DNA of 64,000 nucleotides from the human T2T-CHM13v2.0 reference genome, Homo sapiens: the NCBI GenBank assembly GCA_009914755.4, contig CP086569.2, positions 15,712,001 through 15,776,000 on the forward strand, read 5' to 3'. Of this stretch, positions 1 to 12,503 are shown one piece after another. The position numbers and the translations under genes are program-made. The notes beneath the pieces are model-generated. The model searched no databases. It saw only the letters and a program-made list of their open reading frames with translations, and was not told the DNA's origin. Within the stretch, counting starts at the first letter, position 1, and each line of letters opens with the position of its first letter.

Positions 1-439
1 TAACGTGGAAGAGGGGTCCATGTGTTGGAAGCCTCTAAAAGGTGGGAGAAACAAGGAAATAGTTCCACAATTGTACGCTGCAGAAGGTACCAGCACTGAA
101 GAAGCATTTTAGACCTCTGATTTCCAAAACTATCAGATACTAAGTATGTGTTGGGTTAAGCCACCAAGTTTGTGTATGTTATGGCAACAACTAAGAAACA
201 CATACATCACATTATTTAACCTTTGCTTGTAAACAATTTGTCTCTCCATGCTGGAGGGTGAATCTCCTGATATCAAAGATCCTGTTTGTATTGTTCATTG
301 TCTGTGTCTTCAACACTAAGGACAAAACATGACTAGCATATTTTGAGCATTCATGTAGACCTGTTAAATGAACACATGGAATAATCTCAAATGCCTGCTA
401 AGTATTTTATCTCAATTTCATCTTGTTATATTAAAACCT

Positions 440-790
440 GTGGTCAGCTGTGGTGGCTCACGCCTGTAATCCCAGCTATCTGGGAGGCCAAGGCGAGAGG
501 ATCAAGAGGTTAGGAGATTGAGACTATCCTGACTAACACGGTGAAACCCCGTCTTTACTAAAAATACACACACAAAAAAATTTAGCTGGGCATGGTGGCA
601 GGCGCCTGTAGTGCCAGCTACTCAGGAGACTGAGGCCGGAGAATGACATGAACCCGGGAGGTAGAGGTGCAGTGAGCTGAGCTCATGCCACTGCACTGCA
701 GCCTGGGCAACCATGCGAGACTCTGCCTCAAAAACAAAAACAAAAACAAAAAACAAACAGAAATATTAACAAAAACAAACAACAACAAAT
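440..790 (+). mobile_element. Alu (AluS-like) with A-rich tail
   Basis: GGTGGCTCACGCCTGTAATCCCAGC...GAGACTCTGCCTCAAAAACAAAAAC. Confidence 0.9.
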
Positions 791-2627
791 AAAAACCTGT
801 GCTTTTTTCCCAACAATTAACTTCAACTCTTAATCATCATTCTTTTGCCTTGGGGGATAATATAAGGTTAATTATATTTTGTAAAACACAAGAGTCATGA
901 ACAAAATCTAATGGACCATACATAGCCTCCATGTGCTGTCTACTCATGATGCAGTGTTTCAAATATAAAACATATATATAGTATATATGTATACATACAT
1001 ATATACATTCAACAAGCAAACAATATATATATTACCCTGGAGAACTGCTTTGTTGAAGCCTATAAAAGTTTGTGTGTGGAGCTTATAAAATTGAGTGTGA
1101 TAAAAGTTGGAAAATTGAGATAAAGTGGAGAATTGTTACTGTGATAGTTGCTTAAAATCTAGTTTTTAGAACAACACTAAGTTTGACCATAGCTGCTCTG
1201 GTATGTGATCCATTTAATGTTTTTGCTTTTGTACATTAATTATCAGAGAGATATCTTAGCCTGAGATATTTAAATCTGTTAGTGAATAAAGACTTCCATG
1301 CAACACCGAGACAGAGTTATCAAAAATGACAAATCCTTGACAATTATAGTAACAAACTTTAGTACAGTAAGAGATATAATAGGACACTGTAACTGCTCTC
1401 AGATCAAACATCCCTCCTGCTTAGAGAAAAAAAAAAATTGCACTTAGTGCAAATAGAATTGCACCAATTTCTCTGATACAGCCTGAAAATTAAGCCAACA
1501 TTTCAGGTCTTGTAAGAAAAGTTGCTGTCTTCTGGCTTAGAAAAGGCATCCCAGGTAGTGGCTGACCATTAAAAGGAAGATGAGCGTTATGAGGTAGCCA
1601 TCTTCAAAAAGAAAAATGGCAAAGACTTTACAAAACCTTAATGTTACAATGTATAAAAATAGTATAAATAAGTAAGAACTTAAAGAGACAGAGAGTGCGG
1701 TTAAAGCAGCAAGCCAGTAGGACAATTTTAGTGTATAGCTTAAGGTACAATATATGCATAATTTGCCCTTCCTTAATTCTAGAAAATATTGTCTGTCTTC
1801 TTCAATAACCTTTCTATTAATGAAACTAAACATTCCACTGGGATTTTAGCTCTTTTTTATGCTGTCATATTTACTTTGCTACTGTATGTGATTACAACTA
1901 ACTTCTAATTTGTCTAATATATGTGATATTTTATCTAGTATTTCATTCATTTAATATGAATTTTAATTAATCTAATATAATATTGTAAAAGTCTTTTTCT
2001 TATATGTATTTTATAGTGCCTTTTATATGTGTTTTATCTCCATACTTTGATGGTGAAAACTTACTTTCAATTCAAGTGTTTTAAAATACTCTCATTAAAA
2101 ACAAATGGAAATATAAATGAAAAAAAAACATTTCTGTAACTTTTCAAAGTATATATGGAAATGCACTCAACTGTGGCAACATTTTCCCCCAGGTTTAGCA
2201 TATTGCTTGGATGATTATGGCTACTTCATACATGTTTGTTGAATGAGAATTTTTCATAAATTTTATAGTGTATGTAAAAGCTATGGTATGTTTTTTGTCT
2301 TGTCTTTCTCTTTTGGCTTTAAACACATAGTGGCTAAACACAGAGCAGGCTGAATAAATACATCCCCCCTTTATGCAAAATTATTCACTAATAAATGGTA
2401 TCTAGTTCATTCTTTAAAATACCATAAGAGAACACATAATATCTCTTTACCATTTGCAAAATTTTGAAGTCAGAGTCTAATTTGACCAGCAGTCGATTTT
2501 ACCCTTTGGACTCGTTTAATTTATTTGAAGAACATTTATTTGTTCCTCATGTGTGCAGGTGAAGCAAAACTAAAGAGCATGGCTTCTGATCTTCATGGAA
2601 GCAGGCTAGTAGGCAGCTATTTTTTGT

Positions 2628-2885
2628 TTGCTTTTTGAGATGGAGTTTTTTTTTCTTGTCACTCAGGCTGGAATGCAATGGCATGATCTCCGCACACTAC
2701 AATTTCTCCTCCCAGGTCCAAGTGATTCTCATGCATCAGATCCCCGAGTAGCTGGGGTTACAGGCATGCACCACCACACCCAGCTAATTTTTGCCTTTTT
2801 AGTAGAGATTGGGTTTCACCATGTTGGCCAGGCAGACCTTGACCTCCTGACCTCAGGTGAACTGCCTGCCTTGGCAACCATTTTT
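2628..2885 (-). mobile_element. Alu (antisense)
   Basis: TTTGAGATGGAGTTT...CAGGCTGGAATGCAATGGCATGATCTC...CCTCAGGTGA. Confidence 0.9.
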
Positions 2886-3781
2886 GAACATATTCCACAT
2901 GAGGCACCATGCTGTTTCTTGTACATTGTCCAGTTGAGTTCCTCAGCTTTCTATGTGAGGACTACTATTCTCCTCCCTTTTTCACATGTAAAGAAAGCTG
3001 GGCTTTGAAATCTTAAATAACATGTTTGAGGCCTTACAATAGATTACACCCCAAAGGTGTCAGACTGAATCCATTGAATCAATAACTCTGACAGCAATTA
3101 CAAAGCAAATGACCTTTGTGTAACATGGTATATTCTATAACAGAAATTCATTGAATGCCATTTAGTGTGCTGAGACAATACAGATAATCACACAGGACAC
3201 TTCTGGAAAGAGGTCTACATTGGTAGAAAGACTTGGCCAGGTCCTACCTGATTATGTAGGTGACTCCTGCAGAAGATGCAGAGCCTGCCCTTCAGGTCAC
3301 ACTGACCTTTCAAGTGGTGCTGTGTCCATGAGCTAGCCATGCAGCTTTTTTATATGGCCATAGCCACAGGAAGGGATGCTCAGGCAAGGTGTTCAAGGCA
3401 ATTAAAGGCTGCAGAGGCCACCTTAGATCTTGAGGACTTCATATAAAAAAGCAAGCATTTCAAAATCCAAGGCATATTCTGGAAGTAGTTAGCAAGTATA
3501 GTGGTGGATTTGCAAGCTCAAGAACATAAGTAGGGCATCCCTTGAGAAGGTCACATGGGCCCACACAGGATGACCCTTGGATTCCCAGTAATGAATTTGT
3601 GTGTCCAGTACACTCATTATATTGTGTGTGAATGTGATTGCTAAAAAAGAAGATATAAATTGTGAACAAAATATAAACAGTTATTAGCAATAAAACATGA
3701 ACATTTCCTATAACCACCTCCTTTGAGATAATCACTCTCCACTGTTTGAATTCCTTCCACATTTTATTTTTTAATAAAATA

Positions 3782-4100
3782 AATGGGCCACGCAAAGTGG
3801 CTCATGCTGGTAATCCCAGCACTTCAGGAGACAGAGGCAGGTGGATCACTTGAGGTCGGAAGTTTGAGACCAGCCTGGACAACATGGCAACGTCTCTGCA
3901 AAAAATACAAAAATTAGCCCACACGTGGTGGCACATGCCTGTAATCCCACCTATTTGGGGGACTGAGGCAGGAGAATTGCTTGAATCCAGGAGGTGGTGG
4001 TTGTAGTGACCCAAGATTGTGCCACTGCACTTCAGCCTGGTCGAGGCTCTGTGGCAAAAAAACAAAAAACAAAAAACAAAACAAAACAAAACCCTAAAAA
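3782..4100 (+). mobile_element. Alu with (CAAAA)n tail
   Basis: GGCCACGCAAAGTGGCTCATGCTGGTAATCCCAGCACTT... Confidence 0.9.
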
Positions 4101-4119
4101 ATATAATAAAATACAATAA

Positions 4120-4344
<225 letters not shown>

Positions 4345-4857
4345 TAACACTTCATGCAAACAAACAGCATCCCATAATATGGATGCAGGCAAGAGAATCC
4401 ACTCAAGTCACTGATTTGTGAACACTGAGCTTGCTGCTATTGTTTGTTTTTAAAATTACAATCCATGTGAATTGCAGAGCCTTGGGTGGTTATTTTTATG
4501 CATCAGAATAAAGATTTTCATAGAAAAACCATTCAAAGCATTAGGACTCCTAGGTCAGAAGTCTCCAATTTTAATTTTCCTGGGTTTTACTCATCCTCTT
4601 ACATTGGACAGCATCATGATTATTTTGATAGTGCAGAAATTCAGAGAAAGCTGAAAGGACATAAAACCCAAGTGGGTAGGTCCTGGAGGACTGTGGTTCT
4701 CATCTCAGGCACTAGGATGCAGACCCAGGGAGGAACAAGATGTACAAGCTTTTTGAAAAATAAAACCAAAAGGATGTGACAGCCAATTGAATGAGAGTCA
4801 TAGCAAATCTGGAGATATATTTAAGGAGAAACTGCTCAGTTAAAAAGATTCAAAGTT

Positions 4858-5130
<273 letters not shown>

Positions 5131-6537
5131 GACTCAAAGTTGACTCAAAGAGAATTGTTTCCAGGCAGGCCATTCTCAAATTTTCATTTCCATGAAACTC
5201 ATATATCAATTATCTTCAAGTTTTGATATATTATTGTTTATTAAGCAAACTGTATTTATTATTTTATATTTTGCTCAGAAAATATCCATCTTGGTTTTTT
5301 TTATTTTATGTAATTGAAACTAAAGCACTTAAAAAAGCTTATGCAGCTTCATTATAGATACATGTAGGTGGACATTACCTACTTTATGAAAATGATGCAA
5401 GGAATCTGAATAAGAGTTTGTGGGCCCCAGAGTTTGGAAATCTGTGGTATAAATACCATGTGTCTGTTATAATTGTCTTAGATTTTCTCTATGGACTTTG
5501 GAAACTAAATTTTGGCTCTGTGAAATAATGATATGATAACATGATACAATAGGAAAATAGTCTGCTAGTACTCATTCCATTTTTAAGTAAAGTAAAAACT
5601 AAAAATCAAAGGCACTGAATTTCAACCAGCCTTACCTATCAAGCTACAGAATTTGAGTGCAGGACGTCACGTTCCCTCCCATCCAGCACACTCTGTATAT
5701 GTATGTGCTCCTGTGTTGAATCCTACACAATTTAAAACAGAAAACTGAAGCCTCACCTTTTAATAAATTGACTATGAATGATTTCCTATAACCATCAAAG
5801 ATTAGTTTTTAATCTATTTGACTGATTTTTATTTTTTATACCTCTGCCTTCATTCTCACCAGATTTCTCTTTGACCACAGTTGTGTGACCTAAAACAAAT
5901 TCTGTTTGTTCTCACTGAATAATTTTTATTTAAACTTTTCCTGTTTGGTGTCACTTCTTTAGTTTAAAGGTGCACATATGTGTGTCTGTGTACATATACA
6001 TTCATACCCATACATTCATATATATGGTTATATATGCATATTGTATGTATGCGCCAGCTACAGGTAAATGACACACACGGAAATGGTCAAAGATATTTAA
6101 CTTCTCTATTCACATAATTATCTTCTGGTTACTTGTCTCCAAAAAATGCCTAGTGTGTTTATACGAGGAATGATCTCATAAAAGAAAGTGGATTATGGCT
6201 TTAATGTCATATAACAATGTCTTTTGTTAATTAAAAGGCCAACAATATCTGACCCCATTTGGTTCCTTACCATTGACTTGGAGGGCATGCAGAAACAAAA
6301 GACCTGCAATTATTCTCCTAAGCCTTGTGATATAATTCAAAAGGAGAGGAAACATCTACATTATTATTTATAATAAAAAGTGGAAACTTTTCTATTCTAC
6401 CAACAATATTAAGCCCAACTAGAAATCCTCATGTTTATATGATACTCATTTTAGTCAACATGCAGAAGGAAAAACTGATTCCTGTTTTACGGCACCTTTA
6501 CCATGAAACATGTTTTTAAATAACCACACTAACTGAA

Positions 6538-6873
6538 TGTATTAGTCTGTTCTCATGATGTTAATAAAGATATTCCTGAGACTGGGTAATTTATAAAGAA
6601 AACAGATTTAATGGATTCACAGTTTCACATCGATGGGGAGGCCTAACAATCATGGCAGAAAGTAAAAGAGGAGCAAAGTCATGTCTTACGTGGTGGCAGG
6701 CAAGAGAGCATGTGCAGGGGAACTGTCCTTCATAAAATCATCAAATCTTGACTATGAAAATAGCATGGGAAAAATTCACGCCCAAGATTAAGTTACCTCC
6801 TGGTGGGTCCCTACCACTATGGGATCTACAATTCAAGATGAGATTTGCCTGGGGACACAGCAAAATCATATCA
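6538..6873 (-). mobile_element. THE1-type MaLR solo LTR (antisense), about 336 bp
   Basis: Reverse complement of the THE1 consensus that I recall: TGATATG.TTTGCTGTGTCCCCA...CTCATCTTGAATTGTAG...CCATGATTGT.AGGCCTCCCCA...TTTATAAATTACCCAGTCTCAGG...GAGAACAGACTAATACA. Confidence 0.75.
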
Positions 6874-7504
6874 CTGAAAATATTGATTGATATTTCTTGT
6901 GTGTATATTTTTGTTGTCGATGTTCCTTCCAGAGCCCTGGATGAAACTTGGCATCAATGTAGCCATTAACATGCATTAATTCTACATGATCTCTTTTGCA
7001 TCTTTCTTTTGTTGTTCAGTTGGTAGAGGAGAGGTTGCTGATTTACAAGCTTCATTTTAGGGAGAGTAAAACTTAAAAGCCAAAATTTCATCAGCTAACA
7101 GGCTTAGAGTATGGAGCCTAAAGGACCTGTCGATGAAGGAGGTTATTCGTTGCATATCTGTGGTTTTAGACAATCAAGGGGGTTGTTTTTTTCATTCACC
7201 TGGAATGTGTATTTAAAGTTAAGTGATCTACCTGAGAGCTGAGTTCTCAAGAAGAGCACTCATCTTTGATATTATGCATGGCTCTCTCCAAGTTGATGAG
7301 GTACCATCATTTTGCTCTCTACAATCAGGAGGCAAAACCCAGTGATTTAGGTGTGCAGGATTCCTAAAATATTAATTTTAACTTGCTACAAAAAATAGCA
7401 GGGTTTCTGGTGTCTGAAAACTTTTGAGAAATCACACCATTAGAATATTGTTAAGATCACTCTTTATTTGCACTTAAGAAGATAACTTTGTCAGGAAAAT
7501 TTTC

Positions 7505-7600
7505 TTTCTTCCTATCTTCCTTCCTTCCTTCCCTCCTTCCTTCCTTCCTTCCTTCCTCCCTCCTTCCCTCCTTCCCTTCCCTCCCACCTTCCCTCTCCCT
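7505..7600. repeat. (TTCC)n/(CCTT)n microsatellite
   Basis: tcttccttccttccttccctccttcc... Confidence 0.95.
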
Positions 7601-10318
7601 GCTCCATCACATAATATAGCTATAATGTGCTGCCTTTTCCTCTCCTCCAGTGTTATTGATAGGAAAAACTGGCCAGGTACTGATGAATAAAGAAAAAGAC
7701 AAATTTATAGTGAGATCTGATTGTCACAGATCAGGTGCCTTATGAAAACAGGTCATTTTCTTCTTCAAACAATAACTTTCTGAGCTCAGAATTTCATGAC
7801 AATAAGCCCACATGCTTCTTAAGTCTCATTTATATAAAATGTGATTTAGACCTCAGAACACTGTAACTGCCCAACAGACTCATCTTTACTACACAGATAG
7901 AGCTGATTAGTCAAGATAGAAGAATTGCAATAAACAGTTTAATTCCTACAGAGCTGGCTAAATAAGTGATTGGAGTTTTATTATTACCTAAATCAGCCTT
8001 CCCCAAAATTCGAAGGCTTGAGTTTTTCAAGGATAGTTTGGCATTTAGGGGCTAGGGAATGAGTGCTGCTGGATTGGTTGGGATGCAATTATAGTGTTTT
8101 GGAAAACAACCCTGGTGCACTAAGTCACCCTCTACATGGGGATACAGAGATGTTAATGGTCCCAGTGGGACCAATCAATTGTCGCAAATAAAAGCCTGAA
8201 AAGGCATCTCAAAAGGCCAATCTGTACTATTCTTATCACCTGAGTAACAACAATTCAAGATGAGATTTGGGTGGGGACACAGCCAAATCATATCACCGAA
8301 AATATCTATTGATATTTCTTGTGTGTATATTTTTGTGGTTGTTGTTCCTTCCAGAGCCCTGGATGAAATTTGGCAACAATGTATCCATTAACATGCATTA
8401 ATTCTACATGATCTCTTTTGCATCTTTCTTTTGTTATTCAATTGAAAGAGGAGAGGTTGCTGATTTACAAGCTTCATTTCAGGGAGAGTAAAACTTAAAA
8501 GCCAAAATTTCATCAGCTAACATGCTTAGAGTATGGAGCCTAAAGGACCTGTCAGTGAAAGGTCCTGTCACATGAAATTTACCTACATAATAAACCTATA
8601 GTTGTACCCCCAAACCTAAAATAAAAGGTTTTTAAAGGCCAATTTTAGTTTCTAGTGATTGGGGAAGTTGCAGATCTTGTCACCTATGGAATTGTGTCTG
8701 GAGTTTGTTCCTTCTGGTGGGTTCATGGTCTCACTGACTTCAGGAACCAAGTTTCCACTCGACCCAGGAAGTCCACCTGGCTTCACATACCAATAGAAGG
8801 TGTCTCCTCTAAACTGGACACCCCAAATGCTATTGGGAATTGGGTGATGACCGCTCTACCTACTTCCTGATGGATAGGGGCAAAGAAGTGGCCCTGCAGT
8901 TGTAATGTCCTTCAGAGGGGAACTCTCTAGCCCAGTCTTGGAGCCACAAGGTCGATTCAGGGGTCCTCAGTAGAAGTTGTGAGTTGAGCTCATTTGGGGT
9001 TCCATTTGTAAGACCATCTGTAGCTTGATGGCCTCGATCCTGGAGGAAACAAATTTGACAAGGAGATTAAAAATACAGGGCCCAAATGCAAGTAATAGCA
9101 AGATGGCTGTCACAGGACCTAGAAAGGGGAGAAGCCATGTCACTCAACTTCAGATGTTGGTATAAGAGTTTGAGAGGCATTGTCTGATTTCACAAGTCTT
9201 TTCCTGTAAACACTGGATGGCATCTCATATTATCCCTGACTGGTTAATATAAAAACAACACTCTTCCCCTAAGAAGGTGCAGAGTCCTCCTTTCTCAGCA
9301 GTGAGGAGGTCTAGGCCTCAGTAGTTTTGGAGAGTCACTGCTGCCAAAGAGTCTACTTGGGATTGCAGTGTAAGGAAAGATTTTGTTATTTCTTGAAAAC
9401 TGTCTGAGAAATACTTTTAGAGTGTGTGATAGGTAGTAGGATAATGGAGTAGATAAACTGGCTATTCTGTTTCCTGTATCAGTGGCCATTCCTAAAACTA
9501 TAAGTAGGGTTATTAGTTGCATGGCCCTGCACTGACGAACTTGAACTTTAAGGGGCACTGATAGGGTCTGATTTCCTGGGGAAATGTCAGTGTTGGGACT
9601 TAGGAAGACTAAGTTCCAGGTGCCTGTCCAGGTGGGGAGGCAGACGTAGGTTCAAGTTCCACATAAGAAGAACATGCCTTGGCTGAGTAGACAGAACTGG
9701 TTGTATATGTTAAAAAGGCTTGTGATAATAATAATAACTCATATTATTTTCATTTTCCCATACTCCTAGAGTACTTGCCAAGGTACCTCCAGAGAATAGC
9801 TGAAAAGGAGTGTTGGGAGAAAACTGAGTGGCTCCCTGTGTTCTATTTTCCCATTGGAGAAAAAACCGTTTTGTATCTACTAGGAACCATTCAAGACAGT
9901 GATAGAAAGAGGGAATGAGAAGGCTTTCATTAGTGGTGGGGATGCTGCTGCAAGGGGTCCAGGGATGAATGGTCATGCAGGGAGAATGTTTGCCATTACA
10001 ACACCCAGACTGTTAAGCAGGTAGGAGGTGATAATTTTTGGAGGCCCTGAGAAGCAGACAAGCCATCTGAATGGAGCTGTATGGGTGACTCACAAGTTGC
10101 TATGATCTGTTGGTGGTTGAAGTTGTAGAGTATTATTACACTGATGGCATTGTAGGTTTCCAGGGGCAGGCCTGATAACAGATTGCACTGGATGCATAAA
10201 GAGGCTTGAAAAGTTAAGATGGTATTCGTGGTTACAGGGCCATATATGGGCTTTTCATTGCTAGTGTAATAGGTGAAAGTGGAAATGTAAGAGTGTAAAA
10301 GCTGGATTCCATGTCCTG

Positions 10319-10591
10319 TTAGGGTATTCTTGGTAAGCTTTGTGATAACCCAAATCTAGGAATTATTTCATGAATTAGGACTTTAACCACTTCCTGAGCA
10401 TTCTCTGTCTTGCAGGGGAAGGCTTCTATCAAATTTCTAAAGATATCAGCACAGACCAACAAGTATTGAAATCCCTTTAACTTAGGCATAGGCATGAACT
10501 CTAAATACCAGTCCTGCCCAGGATAGTGCCCTATTCTTTCTTCTCCCAGAGGGGCCTTATGATAGACCATGGGGTTTTTTCTTTGGCACAC
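10319..10591 (-). pseudogene. Retroviral integrase catalytic-core remnant (ERV pol). Disrupted and non-functional.
   Basis: Translation PGQDWYLEFMPMPKLKGFQYLLVCADIFRNLIEAFPCKTENAQEVVKVLIHEIIPRFG resembles the gamma-like IN core (W.IDFT..P...G.KYLLV.VDTFSGW.EAFP..KETA..V.K.LL.EIIPRFG). Confidence 0.75.
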
Positions 10592-11418
10592 ATCACAGGC
10601 TTTGACTACTTGTCAGATGATCTAGAGGAGACATGTCCTTGTAAATAGGGATTTGGCTATTTGATGAGTGTTCTCAATACACATATGGAGAGTTTGGTGG
10701 AGGCTTTTAAGTATTTTCCACTGGCTGGCTTCAGGTATGAGTACCTTTCCCTTTTCTGTCATTAACCACCCCTAGCATAGAAAACTATACCCCCGTGAAA
10801 TTTTCCATTCTGTTTCATTTGGGGAATACTGGGGCTTAATCTCTTGGAGAGGGTTGTTCCATACCAAGGGTCCTTCCACAGGTACTTCTAATGGGAGGTT
10901 CCGCCTGGTAGCAATTTTGGCCTCAGAGTCTGCCTGACAGTTTCTACCTTTTCTCCTTCATCTTTTTAATGGCTTTGGCAGCACAAGACTGCCACCCCCT
11001 TGGTTTTTGCACTGTGTGCAATAACTCCATGATTTCCTTGTGGCATTTAATGGGGGTTCCCCCAGAAGTTAGGAACTCCCTTTTTCTTCATATTGTAGCA
11101 TTGGCTTGTAGGGTTAGATAAGCATAGTTTCTACCTATATACACATTTATTATTTTTGCTTTTCCCATTTCTAAGGCTCGGGTAAGCACCAGTAGTTCTG
11201 CTAACTGGGTGCTGATCCCTGGGTGAAGAGGGTTACTTTTCAAATACTGTTACATCACTATGGCATAACCTGCCCCTTCATCTCCCATTCTCCACAAACG
11301 AACTTCCATCGTTCTATAGGTTAAGGTCAGGATTAGCTAAGGGGACTTCTTAGAGATCCTCTTGGGTGACACAGTCTGGGCTACAATTTGTTGGCAGTCA
11401 TGCTAGATCGGTCCCATG

Positions 11419-12503
11419 CTATGGGAGAAAAGTCGCAGGGTTGAGGGCTGCACATGTGCATACTTGAAGCAAAGTCTCAAGGAGTAGCACCTGGTATCTA
11501 AGCAGGTGGTTATCTGATAGCCATAAACTTCCTTTGGCACCTAGTGTGCCATTTACATCATGAGTAGTCCAGACAGTGAGATCCTTTCCTTGTATTATTT
11601 TGATAGCCTCTGACACTAAGATGGCCACCACTGCAACTACCCGTTAACAGTGAGGCCAGCCTTTTGCTACTACATAAATTTCCTTACTTAGGTATGCTGC
11701 TGGTTGTGGGGACACTTAGTGCGTCTGAATAAGGACTCCAAGAGCTATTTCCACTCTTTCTGTGATGTATAAAAATAATTTTTTTCATGTACGAAGGCTT
11801 AAGGCTACAGCTTGTACTAGGGCCTGCTTTAAGGTTTTGAAAACTGTTTCTGCCTCTGGTTTCCATTCCACTAGATGAGTATTTGCCCTCTGGGTGTCCT
11901 TGATTAAAGTATAGAGTGGCCTGGCCATCTCGCCGTATCCAGGGATCCATAGTTGGCAAAACTGGTGATCCCAAGGAACGTCTGCAACTGTTTAAATTTC
12001 TTAGGGCAAAGGATAAGCCAGTATGGGCTGCATTTATTCTTTGCTGAGGGTTCCTCTGGTTAAAATTAGGCCTGGATATTTGAATTGTTGTAGGCAGAGC
12101 TGGCCTTCAATTAGATGCCTTTTACCATTGATTAGCTAGAAACTTCAAGAGATCTATAGTAGACTGCTGGCATGTGGCTTCCAAACTGGTAGCGAAAAGT
12201 AAATCATCCACATTCTCAAGGACCAGTGTACCTGGACTTGAGAAGTGACCTAGATCTGGGATAGCACCTGACCAAACAGATGAGGGCTATCCCTAAATGC
12301 TTGAGGTAAGACCGTCCATGTAAGTTGGGATGTGTGGTCTGTGGGATCCTCAAAGGTAAAGAGAAACTAGGAGTTAGAGTGCAGGGGAATGGAGAAGAAG
12401 GCATCCTTGAGGTCCAGAACAGTGAACAATTCTTTTTCCTCTGTTGAGAGTGTAGAGGTATAGGTCTTGGGTGCACCTGGATATAGATGAATTTCTGCCT
12501 CAT
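11419..12503 (-). pseudogene. ERV pol (reverse transcriptase / RNase H region) remnants. Fragmented.
   Basis: Minus-strand ORF fragments lie upstream (in protein sense) of the integrase remnant. 12216-12503 has the RT-like stretch ...HPRPIPLHSQQRKKNCSLFWTSRMPSSPFPCTLTPSF... Confidence 0.5.
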
